A DNA stretch of 64,000 nt from contig JAFQYM010000013.1 in assembly GCA_017406465.1 (NCBI GenBank), positions 490 through 64,489 of the forward strand, in the 5' to 3' direction. The translations under genes and the position numbers were made by a program. Position 1 is the first letter of the stretch. Each line of letters starts with the position of its first letter. Of this stretch, positions 1 through 9,100 are shown piece after piece. The notes beneath the pieces were generated by a model. The model made no database searches. It had not been told where the DNA came from and saw only the letters and a list, made by a program, of their open reading frames with translations. This DNA comes from Kiritimatiellia bacterium (GTDB taxonomy: Bacteria > Verrucomicrobiota > Kiritimatiellia > RFP12 > UBA1067).

Positions 1-87
1 TCCTGCCTTTTCTCCTTGTATTGGTAGAATGTCTGGTAACGCCAGATGAAACCAACACCCAGTGATCGCCACAAAGGGCGGCAAAAA

Positions 88-96
88 TGGTATAAT
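88..96 (+). promoter_or_regulatory. Extended -10 promoter element TGGTATAAT
   Basis: TGGTATAAT 30 nt upstream of the ATG at 127; the same motif recurs upstream of other transcription units in the window. Confidence 0.6.
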
Positions 97-126
97 GTCC
101 GCATAACGAAGAAAGAGTAAAAACTC

Positions 127-642
127 ATGTGGGCTCGGTATATTTTGCTGACATCGGCGCTATGCGCCATGTCAGCATTTGCACAGACGGTCCTTTCAAA
201 GTCTGATTTGCGCCTTTGGGAGACTGTGGTGGACCGAGCGAAGCCGCTTGAGTGGCCCTGGGTGGACGAAGCAGATTCCGCGACGCTCGTCTTCTCCAAC
301 CGCCTCACTGGCGCCGTCAAGACAGTCAACGTCTCTCGCGGCTCAGGCGAGACGCGCGGCTATTGCGCACAGCCTTTGCAGGACCGTGAGACGATTGTGG
401 ACGTGTCGCTCGTGCAGACGGCTGACGGCGCGGAGGTCGTGCGCGAAACGGCGACGCTCGCGTACTTTGACGGCGCGGGGGGAGGTCCGATAACCGTGCG
501 AGCGAAGACGTATGGCGAATGGCGGCGCGTGCGAAGTCCGCGCGTGTTCGCGTTCGATCCGGAATGGAGCGGCGGGACGGGCGACTCCGGATACGACATC
601 GCGTCTCCGTACGACCCCGCGATACGGATCAGCATCCGCTGA
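127..642 (+). CDS. Hypothetical secreted protein
   Basis: 171-aa ORF, Sec signal peptide ending SAFA, C-terminus PAIRISIR. Confidence 0.75.
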   Translation: MWARYILLTSALCAMSAFAQTVLSKSDLRLWETVVDRAKPLEWPWVDEADSATLVFSNRLTGAVKTVNVSRGSGETRGYCAQPLQDRETIVDVSLVQTADGAEVVRETATLAYFDGAGGGPITVRAKTYGEWRRVRSPRVFAFDPEWSGGTGDSGYDIASPYDPAIRISIR

Positions 643-654
643 GGACAGGACAAT

Positions 655-1902
655 ATTAACGCAAAGGCACAGCTTTCGTTTCTCGTTTTTTTCGCCGCGC
701 TTGCTGCGTCCGCTGCGACTTCCATCTCGAATGTCGTCGTCAACCAGCGCTGGCCGTGGAGCGAGAAGGTCGATGTCGACTTTATCCTTTCTGGAGACGT
801 GAGCGACGTGCATGTTTCGGCCAGGTGGGACGCGCATCCCGAGCCGTATGCGCTCGGCATGCTGAGCGACTGCGATCCCGGACACCACCGCTTCACATGG
901 GATCCCTCGTCTTCTCCATTTGCGGGTCGGACGCTGACTGGATTCACCGTGACCGTCACTAATGAAATCGTCGTGAGAACCTACGCTGTCATCGACCTCA
1001 TCAATGGCGGATGTACCTACCGCAGCGCTCCGCCCGAAGGCGGGTGGACGGACGAGTACAAGTCGACAAAGATGGTCTTCCGCCGCATCCCCGCGGGAAC
1101 GTACACGCTGGGCGAGCCGAGGGAAACGTTTGCGCATTTCGGCCACTGGAACGTCGATTGGGCGACGCGCATCATGAACCGCCGGACGGTGACGCTCACG
1201 AGCGACTTCTACGTAGGCATCTTCAAGTATACTGAAGCACAGCATGCGTGCCTTATGGGCGCGGGCGGGGCGGCCAGCTTCGAGCCCGTCCACGTTTCAT
1301 ACAACGACCTGCGCGGAGCGCAGCCCGGCGTCGACTGGCCGACGACGGGATACAAGGTCGCAGAAGGGTCAATCGTCGCGAAGCTGCGCACGAAGGCCGG
1401 GGACGGAATCGTTGTCGACCTCTGCGAGGAAGAGCAGTGGGAAGCGGCGGCGCGCGCCGGGAAGGCGACATTCTGGCCGAACGGCGGAACCGTGGATGAA
1501 TCAATGGATGTCCTCAACGATTATCTTGATGCAATCGCCATCTGGTCCCACGCCACAGTTGATCTGCCACAGAGCCCCGTCGGCCTGAAAAACGACAACG
1601 GCTGGGGACTCTACGACATCGTCGGGCTTGACGGAGAATGGGCGCTCGACACGGCGGCATTTGCGTCGTCGGACGCCGCGCCTGCCGACGGGCTGCCCGT
1701 CTGGAGCAGAGACCCGACCGGAGTTTCGCAAGGGGAGGCGAGGCTTCTCAAGAGCTCGACCGGGAACTCGAAGAAGTGGATTGCGATATACGATCTGTTG
1801 CCGTGCCGCCGCCAGATGGCTTTGCCCGACAAAGCCGTTTACTCGACGCGCTTCTGCATCCACCTCTCGCCGCTTGGTTCGCTGACGTTCGAGAATTTGT
1901 GA
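655..1902 (+). CDS. Secreted formylglycine-generating-enzyme (FGE-sulfatase/SUMF1)-like domain protein; probable non-ATG start
   Basis: Motifs KMVFRRIPAGTYTLG, VTLTSDFYVGIFKYTEAQ, EQWEAAARAG, NGWGLYDIVG. The frame is open upstream of 799 through QRWPWSEKVDVDF and a signal peptide (NAKAQLSFLVFFAALAASA) beginning at ATT 655. Confidence 0.75.
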   Translation: MNAKAQLSFLVFFAALAASAATSISNVVVNQRWPWSEKVDVDFILSGDVSDVHVSARWDAHPEPYALGMLSDCDPGHHRFTWDPSSSPFAGRTLTGFTVTVTNEIVVRTYAVIDLINGGCTYRSAPPEGGWTDEYKSTKMVFRRIPAGTYTLGEPRETFAHFGHWNVDWATRIMNRRTVTLTSDFYVGIFKYTEAQHACLMGAGGAASFEPVHVSYNDLRGAQPGVDWPTTGYKVAEGSIVAKLRTKAGDGIVVDLCEEEQWEAAARAGKATFWPNGGTVDESMDVLNDYLDAIAIWSHATVDLPQSPVGLKNDNGWGLYDIVGLDGEWALDTAAFASSDAAPADGLPVWSRDPTGVSQGEARLLKSSTGNSKKWIAIYDLLPCRRQMALPDKAVYSTRFCIHLSPLGSLTFENL

Positions 1903-3587
1903 TGTCTTCGGCCCGCAATATTCTCTTTGCGCTCTTTGCGTTCTTTGCGGCTGGAATCGCGGCGAATGCCGATGTAGTCATCGATCGCTGTTCCGAGATT
2001 GTCGTGTCGGCAAACGCGGCGTATGCGACGCGGCTCGCGGCGGAGGAACTGAATTTCTTTTTGAAGGGTGTATTAGGCGAGGCGTTGCCGGTCGTTGGGA
2101 AAAGAACAGACGGCAAGACGGCGATTGTGTTGGGCGGAGAGCCCGTCCCGCTTAATCGCGATGGGTATGTCATCGAGGCGGCCACCAATGTCCTGCGCAT
2201 TTTCGGCAACGACGATGATGTTGCCGATGTTAATGCTACCGCGGCTTTGCCTGGCGAGGCGATTTGGCAGCCGTGCTTCAGACGCGGCACGTTGTTCGGC
2301 GTGTATGCCTTCCTCGAGCGGTTCGCCGGCGTGAGGATGTATTTTCCCGGAGAGCTTGGCACTTGCGTGCCGAGTGCGGAACGGATCGCCGTGCCGGAAG
2401 GGCGCATCGTGGAGTCGCCTGCTTTCTCGGTGCGCCGATATGGCTATGAGGACGGACCTGTCGCAAAGGAAATTCTCGCGAGAATGAACGAGACCGATTT
2501 CAAACGGCTCAACTGGTATCGGCTTCGCATGGAGACGTATCATTTAAGATGCTGCCACGGAGCGAAGACGCACTGCCTCTCGCCGGAAACATGGGACGCA
2601 ATCTTCACCAATGCCTGCGCGGTTCTATCTTCCGTTCCCTCGGCACTCGCTTCGCTCGGCTTGGTCGCTTCCCCATGGGTCGCGCCCACCCACAAGGGGC
2701 GGTTACGTTCCCCGTTCCCCGTCTTTGACGCGATGCCGAAGGACGGGCTCACCTGGGTGCGCCATTGCAACTGCAACTGGTGCATGAAGAACGTTCCGTT
2801 CTCGAAATATGACATCGGATTCGCGACGGACCTCGTGTGGCGGCGCACGGCGGAACTCGCGGGACGCATCAAGGCGAAATTCCCATGCGCACGCGTCTCG
2901 CAGATGTCGTACATTCCGTACGCTCGCATACCGACGAACGACATCCCGGACAACGTCGACGTTTTCGTTGCGCGGAGAGGCCCGTGGGCGGAGCGAACCA
3001 CTATCGGCGCACGGGAGAAGGGCGAAGTCACCGCATGGCACGCGAAGCTTGGACGGAAGGTGTCGCTCTGGAACTACCCTGACAAAGTGGGCTGCTGGAA
3101 CCTTGAGATGAAAGACATCCCGCAGATTGCGCCGAGGGCATGGGCGAGCTATTACCGCGCGGTTGCGCCGCACGTGACGGGCGCGTTTGCCGAAAGCGAG
3201 AGCGACAGGTGGATATACAACTACCTCAACTACTACGTGTTCTCGCGCATCTGCTGGAATCCCGACGCGGACGTGGAGGCGATTCTCGCCGAGCATCACC
3301 GGCTTATGTTCGGCGCGGCGGCGAAGGAAATGGCGGAGTTCTTCGACACGCTTGAGAAGTGCTGGATGAAAGTAGTCGCGAAGCCATATGACACGCCGCT
3401 CGGACCAGGCGTATGCGAGGCGCCGACGGAGGAGGAGATGCGCGGGAAAATCTATTCGCCCGAGGTGCTTGCGCGTCTAAAGTCTTTCGTCTCGTCAGCG
3501 TCGTCTAAGGTCGCCGAAGGGTCGATTGAGGCGCGGCGCATAGCGCTTTTCACGAGAGAGTATTTGGAACCGCTTTGCAGGAGATAA
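1902..3587 (+). CDS. Secreted DUF4838-like / glycoside hydrolase-like protein
   Basis: ATG overlaps the upstream TGA; signal peptide; N-terminal AAEEL...GTLFGVYAFLERFAGVRMYFPGELG (GH20/GH67 N-domain-like); C-terminal YLNYYVFSRICWNPDADVEAILAEH..MFG.AA. Confidence 0.75.
   Translation: MSSARNILFALFAFFAAGIAANADVVIDRCSEIVVSANAAYATRLAAEELNFFLKGVLGEALPVVGKRTDGKTAIVLGGEPVPLNRDGYVIEAATNVLRIFGNDDDVADVNATAALPGEAIWQPCFRRGTLFGVYAFLERFAGVRMYFPGELGTCVPSAERIAVPEGRIVESPAFSVRRYGYEDGPVAKEILARMNETDFKRLNWYRLRMETYHLRCCHGAKTHCLSPETWDAIFTNACAVLSSVPSALASLGLVASPWVAPTHKGRLRSPFPVFDAMPKDGLTWVRHCNCNWCMKNVPFSKYDIGFATDLVWRRTAELAGRIKAKFPCARVSQMSYIPYARIPTNDIPDNVDVFVARRGPWAERTTIGAREKGEVTAWHAKLGRKVSLWNYPDKVGCWNLEMKDIPQIAPRAWASYYRAVAPHVTGAFAESESDRWIYNYLNYYVFSRICWNPDADVEAILAEHHRLMFGAAAKEMAEFFDTLEKCWMKVVAKPYDTPLGPGVCEAPTEEEMRGKIYSPEVLARLKSFVSSASSKVAEGSIEARRIALFTREYLEPLCRR
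2633..2719. repeat. In-frame 87-bp REP/MITE-like insertion within the CDS
   Basis: Bounded by CGTTCCC heptamers (2633, 2706, 2713); contains CACTCGCTTCGCTCG and an imperfect palindrome CCCCATGGGTCGCGCCCACCCACAAGGGG. Confidence 0.5.
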
Positions 3588-3590
3588 CCA

Positions 3591-4679
3591 ATGAACAGTG
3601 AGTTTCTGATGAACTTCCACTATACGCCCGACGGGGCGATGACGCGCGCGGACGCGCTGTGTGGTTTCATCAAGGACGAGATCGCCTACGGGAGACTCAA
3701 GGCGGGGGATACGATTCCGACGATCAAGGAGATGTCGGAGGCGAGCGGGCTGACGTTCCGCGTAGCGCGCGGCGTCGTGGAGCAGCTGGCGAGAGAAGGC
3801 TATGTCCGTTCGCGTCCGCGCGTCGGAACGGTCGTCCTTCCGCGCGACACCACGGCGCTGCGCGGATGCATCCTCTTCGTCCTTCCCGACGTCGATGCGT
3901 GCAGTTACCACGTGACGATGATCGCCGACGCTCTCCGCCGCAGGCTTGGTGCCGCAGGATACGCTTTCTCCACTGTCGTCTTCTCGCAGGACAGGCAGAT
4001 AGGGCTTTCGTTCCTGAAGCACGAGCTCGTCCGTACTCCTGACGTGGCGATCGCGATCTACAGCACGAAGCCCGTCCGGAAGTGTCTGCGCGAGGCGGGG
4101 GTGAAGAGCGTCTTCATCTACGGTGACGAGTCCGCGAAGGAGGAGGGACGGTGGATCCGCTTCTCGGCGGAGGAGGCCATCGGAAACTTCGTCCAGCACT
4201 GCGTCCGCGCCGGCGTAAAACGCGTATTGCAGGTGCGCTTCGACGGAAACGACACGCCGGACGCGAAGGAAGCGCTTGCGGCGAAGGGGATAAAGTCCCA
4301 GTGGATGACGGTCCCTCGCATGGACGGACTCGGACGCTACGAGGGCATCGAGCGCGCGGCCTACAATGCGTTCATGGACCTTCCGCATTCCGCATTCCCG
4401 GACGTCGTCCTTTTCTGGGATGACTTTGTCGCGCAGGGTGCGCTCACGGCGTTTCTCGAACGGGGGCTGAAGATTCCGCACGACGTCAAGGTGGTGACGC
4501 TTTCTAACCGCGGACTCGGTCCCGTCTATTCCGAGGCCCTCACGCGCTTCGAGTGCGACGCCACGGAGACGGGCGAGAAGGTTGCCGCATACGTGCTTGG
4601 GCTCCTCGCGAAAGGGCGGATGCCGCAGCTTCCCGTGGTCGCGCCGCATTACGTCTTCGGGCGGACGTTCCCGTATTGA
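3591..4679 (+). CDS. GntR-HTH / LacI-type sugar-binding-domain transcriptional regulator
   Basis: N-terminal LKAGDTIPTIKEMSE...VARGVVEQLAREGYVRSRPRVGTVV; C-terminal PDVVLFWDDFVAQG...GLKIPHDVKVV; start may be 3609. Confidence 0.85.
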   Translation: MNSEFLMNFHYTPDGAMTRADALCGFIKDEIAYGRLKAGDTIPTIKEMSEASGLTFRVARGVVEQLAREGYVRSRPRVGTVVLPRDTTALRGCILFVLPDVDACSYHVTMIADALRRRLGAAGYAFSTVVFSQDRQIGLSFLKHELVRTPDVAIAIYSTKPVRKCLREAGVKSVFIYGDESAKEEGRWIRFSAEEAIGNFVQHCVRAGVKRVLQVRFDGNDTPDAKEALAAKGIKSQWMTVPRMDGLGRYEGIERAAYNAFMDLPHSAFPDVVLFWDDFVAQGALTAFLERGLKIPHDVKVVTLSNRGLGPVYSEALTRFECDATETGEKVAAYVLGLLAKGRMPQLPVVAPHYVFGRTFPY

Positions 4680-4697
4680 CAGGTTGAAAGTTGAAGG

Positions 4698-6056
4698 ATG
4701 GGAGTGGTTGACAATCTGGGCTGGAAGGTTAGAATCGGATTCGGCGCGGGCGATTTCGCGCAGAATCTGGTATATCCTGCCGCCGCGATGTATCTGCTCT
4801 TCTTCTACACGGACGTTGTCGGCATCGCGCCTTCGGCCGCGGCTGCGATCTTTCTCGTCGCGCAGATCGTCGACTTCGTGTGGAATCCGTTTGCCGGCGC
4901 GTTCATCGACAGCCGTAGTCCGCGTCTCGGCAAGTACCGCACGTGGCTCATCGCCGCAGGGCTTCCGCTCGCCGCGCTTGCCGTGATGTGCTTCTGGAAT
5001 CCGTTTGCGGCGCAGGGCGGGATTATGAAAACCGCATACGCAGCGGTCACTTACATCGCGTTCTCGATGTCGTTCACGCTCGTCAACGTCGCATACGGTG
5101 CGCTTGGGGCGTCGTTCAGTCGCGATACGGACGAGATAACCGTCCTCACGGCGGTGAGGATATTCCTTGCGAACGCCGCTTGTCTTGTTGTTGCCGCGGG
5201 AGTGCCGCTTTTGGTGGGGGCGTTCAGCGGTGCCCTCGGTGATCGTGCCCTGCCGTTGCGGACGGCTCTGTTCATGGGGCTCGGGATGCTTCCGTCGTTT
5301 TTGTTTCTTCCGCTTCTGCCGTGGCTTAGGCGGAAGCTCGGCACAAGGGGGCTCTTCTATGCGTTTGCGCCTGTTGCGGTCGTGGGAATGGCCGCGCTCT
5401 ACATCCTGAGTCGCACGGGAGGGGAGGACTTCGGCTCGTCCGCCTGGGTTCATGCCGCGCAGTTCGTGAAGGCGACGGGTATAATCGTCGCGACGGGCTA
5501 TATGTGGGCGCTTGTTCCGGAGGTGATCGAGCACTCCGAACGCCTCACGGGGAGGCGTCTTTCTGCGGTGATCAGCTCGATAATGGGCATATTCTTCCGT
5601 CTTGGAATGGCTGTGGGGAAGATTCTTCCCGGCATTGTGCTTGCGTGGACCGGATACCGTGGCGCCGCGACTGAGGAATCTGCGGCGCTTCCGTCCGATC
5701 CGTGCGCCTGGCTCTGCGCGATGGGCGTCTTCGCGTTTGTCGCAGCGGCAGCGCTTCTGTTTTCGTTCTCGCAGACGAAAGAGCGGATTGTCTCGGACGC
5801 TGCGGATGTCTCTCCTGTGGGGATCGGCGAGATATGGCGGGAGTTTTGCCGCAACAGGCCGCTTCGGGTGCTTGCGCTGTTCTTTGTTCTTGCGTTCGCG
5901 ATGATGTCCGTCGGCAATGCCGCAGGGGCGTATTTCATGAACGGACTCGAATCGCAGGCGCCGCTCGCGCAGGAAGGGGTGCGCTGGCTCGTCTGCGTCA
6001 TACCCTCCGTCCTAATCTCCGCCGCCGCGTTCGTCATCTCCCGCTACCGGGTGTAG
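4698..6056 (+). CDS. GPH-family (MelB/XynT-like) MFS sugar:cation symporter with apparently permuted TM order
   Basis: RIGFGAGDFAQNL, YLLFFYTDV, D..WNP..G..ID, GKYRTW; about 12 hydrophobic segments. Confidence 0.9.
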   Translation: MGVVDNLGWKVRIGFGAGDFAQNLVYPAAAMYLLFFYTDVVGIAPSAAAAIFLVAQIVDFVWNPFAGAFIDSRSPRLGKYRTWLIAAGLPLAALAVMCFWNPFAAQGGIMKTAYAAVTYIAFSMSFTLVNVAYGALGASFSRDTDEITVLTAVRIFLANAACLVVAAGVPLLVGAFSGALGDRALPLRTALFMGLGMLPSFLFLPLLPWLRRKLGTRGLFYAFAPVAVVGMAALYILSRTGGEDFGSSAWVHAAQFVKATGIIVATGYMWALVPEVIEHSERLTGRRLSAVISSIMGIFFRLGMAVGKILPGIVLAWTGYRGAATEESAALPSDPCAWLCAMGVFAFVAAAALLFSFSQTKERIVSDAADVSPVGIGEIWREFCRNRPLRVLALFFVLAFAMMSVGNAAGAYFMNGLESQAPLAQEGVRWLVCVIPSVLISAAAFVISRYRV

Positions 6057-6174
6057 CCACCGGCCATTTTGCCCATTTTGCCAAAATTGGCGCAACTTGA
6101 CACTTTCCTCATTGAGTTAATGTTTGGTATCATTTTGCCAAAAGCATATTGTGCACTCTTTGGAGAATAACACC

Positions 6175-9100
6175 ATGATACAAAGAATCCTTGGCCGCCT
6201 ATCGTCGGCCCGTTCGTTCGTATTCGCAGCCCTCGCGCTCGCGGGGTTCACGTCGTTTGCGACAGACTACATCGACGCGACAGGCAATCCCGCCAGCGCG
6301 ACATGTACGCAGATCACATCGAGTACGACAACCCTTGAAACGGGCTGGTACGTGGTCGAGGGCCCGGATCCGGTGTCGATCAGCTCCACCATCACCGTCA
6401 ACGGCGATGCGAACCTCATCCTCGCTGACGGCGCGAAGCTGACGGTGAGCGTGTCCGAAAGCTATAAGGCCGGCATCCTTGTCGCTAACGATGGCACTAC
6501 AGTGAACACATTGACGATTTGGTGTCAAAGCGGCGGTACGGGCGAACTCGTGGTAAGCGGAGGCTTTTTTGCAGCAGGTATCGGTGGGGACTATGCGACC
6601 ACTGATTGCGGCGCGGTGACAATATATGGCGGTTCCATAACCGCTACTGGCAACTATGGAGCAGGCATTGGTGGCGGTACAGGTGGCGCGGGCGGCGATG
6701 TTGCAATCAATGGTGGCACAGTGGTTGCGAGAGATGGTAGTAGCGGAGATGCCGCTGGCATAGGCAGGGGCGCATTTAGTTCCAAATCACAGGGAACTCT
6801 GACGGTAAGCGATAAAATCGAAGTCTTGGCTGGTTCAAGCGAGTCAACAGCGTCATTGTTGACGCGCAACTCAGATACAGGCGCTGTGACAATAAGCGGA
6901 CAGAAGTGGTTTTTTGCCGGTCCACAGAGTCTGCATCAGGGAGCGACAAGTTTCACCGCCTATTCCGGTGCTGCTGGTTCTGCCGTTAATATCGATCTTA
7001 CCGACACTATCAAGGGAGGAACCGGAGTATACACATTTGGCCTGAAGGATGGATCTTCTCTGCCCGAGTGGCTTACTCTTTCAGGTACGACTCTTTCTGG
7101 GACGCCGGTGGAGGAGGGTTCATCTACGTTCACATTCGTTGTTGAAGACACTTCGGAGCCCAAGCTCAGCCTTGAAGCCACTTACACCGTTGTTGTAAAA
7201 GACAGGTATTCGATAACCTACAAGGACGGCGAAAGCACATTGTCTCTTTATCCGACAAACTACATAAAGGGAACAGGCGTGTCGACTTTGCCGACGCCGA
7301 CAAAGGCAAGCCACGAATTCCAGGGATGGTTTACGAATGCTCTTTTCGCCGGCACCCAGTTTACGTCTATCTCGACAACCGATTCCGGAGACTTTACGTT
7401 CTACTCCAAGTGGCTGCAATTGACGACGGGCGATGTCTCCGTGACGTTCGTGGGCGAAGGCTCTGCGCCTATCACAAAGACCTGCACCATCGTTGAGTCG
7501 AGCATGACAACGTTGTCTGATACGGGATCGACAGAAGGTTGGTACGTCGTATACAACAACGTGGCATTCAATTCGTCGGTTACGATTTCCGGCAATGTCA
7601 AGCTCGTCCTTATGGACGGCAAGACGATGACAGCGGAGATACCGAACGGCTCCAGCATCAGCAAGGCTGCAATTACAGTAACACCGGGCAATTCGTTGAC
7701 TATTTACGGGCAGGCCAATGGTTCTGGCAGGATTGAGGCGACGGCGACATCGATTAGCGCCGGTATCGGTGGTGGTTGGAGTCAGGATTGCGGTTCTGTG
7801 ACAATCAATGGCGGCACTGTTATTGCAAAATCCACTAGCGGTGGTCCGGGTATTGGCGGTGGATATCAAAAGGCAGGCGGCACTGTAACAATCAATGGCG
7901 GCACGGTGATCGCAACAGGCGCAAGTTCAACCTATCCCGGAATCGGCGGCGGCGGGTCGAGTTACGAACAAGGCAAGTTGTATGTTGGCGCCAATGTCGT
8001 AGTGAAGGCAGGTTCGAGTTCGACGCTTACAGACGCGAACATACAGCCTCATGTTGATGGACAGATAGATTTGACTACATGCTATCAGTATTATTCTGCG
8101 GAGACGGTCGGGCCTGCTCCGCTTGTGCAAATAAACAGTGCGTTCAGTGCTTATATCGGCGAGGCGTTTGAGCTTTCGCTCCTGGGCACGGTGAGCGGAG
8201 GGACGGATCCGTATTCATTCACGATCAAAACGCCTGCGAGTCTTCCCTCGTGGCTCAGCAGGACTGGCGATACGCTTTCTGGCACTCCGGCGGCGGTAGG
8301 CGATTCCTGCGAGCTTACGTTTACGGTGGCGGATTCCGGTTCGTCCGCACAGAACGCGGAGTTCACATATACGATCACGGTGACGGCCCTGCCGAAGCCG
8401 ATCACCTATATGAATGGCACAGTTGAGATTACGGGTCTAACGCCATCCAACTACGTCGAGGGCGTGGGTGCGACTCTGCCGACGACGGCACCTGCGGCGA
8501 GTGGCTACGAGCTGGAAGGGTGGTATTTAACCCCTGCCTGCGACGGCGAGAAGGTGACGGCGATTTCTGCGGAAGCGACGGGTCCTCAGACGTTCTATGC
8601 CAACTGGGCCCCGATTGAATATACGATTACCTACAAGGACAGCGAGACGCTTACGGATCTTCCCGCTTCGGCGCTGCCTGCCAACGCTCCGACGACTTAC
8701 ACGATCGAGGCGGCAACGATGCTTCCCGCAACGGCGACAAAGGCGGGCAAGGGCTTCTACGGCTGGTATCTGACTTCCGCATGCACCGGTGACCCAGAGA
8801 CATCGATTTCCGCAGGGCAGACCGGTCCCAAAACGTTCTACGCAAAGTGGGGTATCGCCAAGAGCAACGAAACGTACATCGACGCGAGTGGCCACGAGCA
8901 AGTGGTAGAATGTACTGAAATCGGATCCGACACGACATCACTTGCGACAGGATGGTATGTCGTGAAGGGCAATGTGAGCACTTATTCCAAGGTCACCGTT
9001 TCCGGTAATGTCAATCTCATACTTGCCGATGATGCGGTTTATACGGTTTCCGTTTCCTCGTATGGCGAGGCGATAATGATCAAGGGCGACAATTCGCTGA

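Noticed and set aside
640-642. UGA readthrough or selenocysteine fusing 127..642 to the next in-frame ORF
   Set aside because: The downstream ORF has its own signal peptide and the upstream protein ends in a terminal-type motif; no evident SECIS
6097-6133. TTGACA as the -35 for the giant gene promoter
   Set aside because: 25-nt spacing to TATCAT is too long for a single sigma70 promoter
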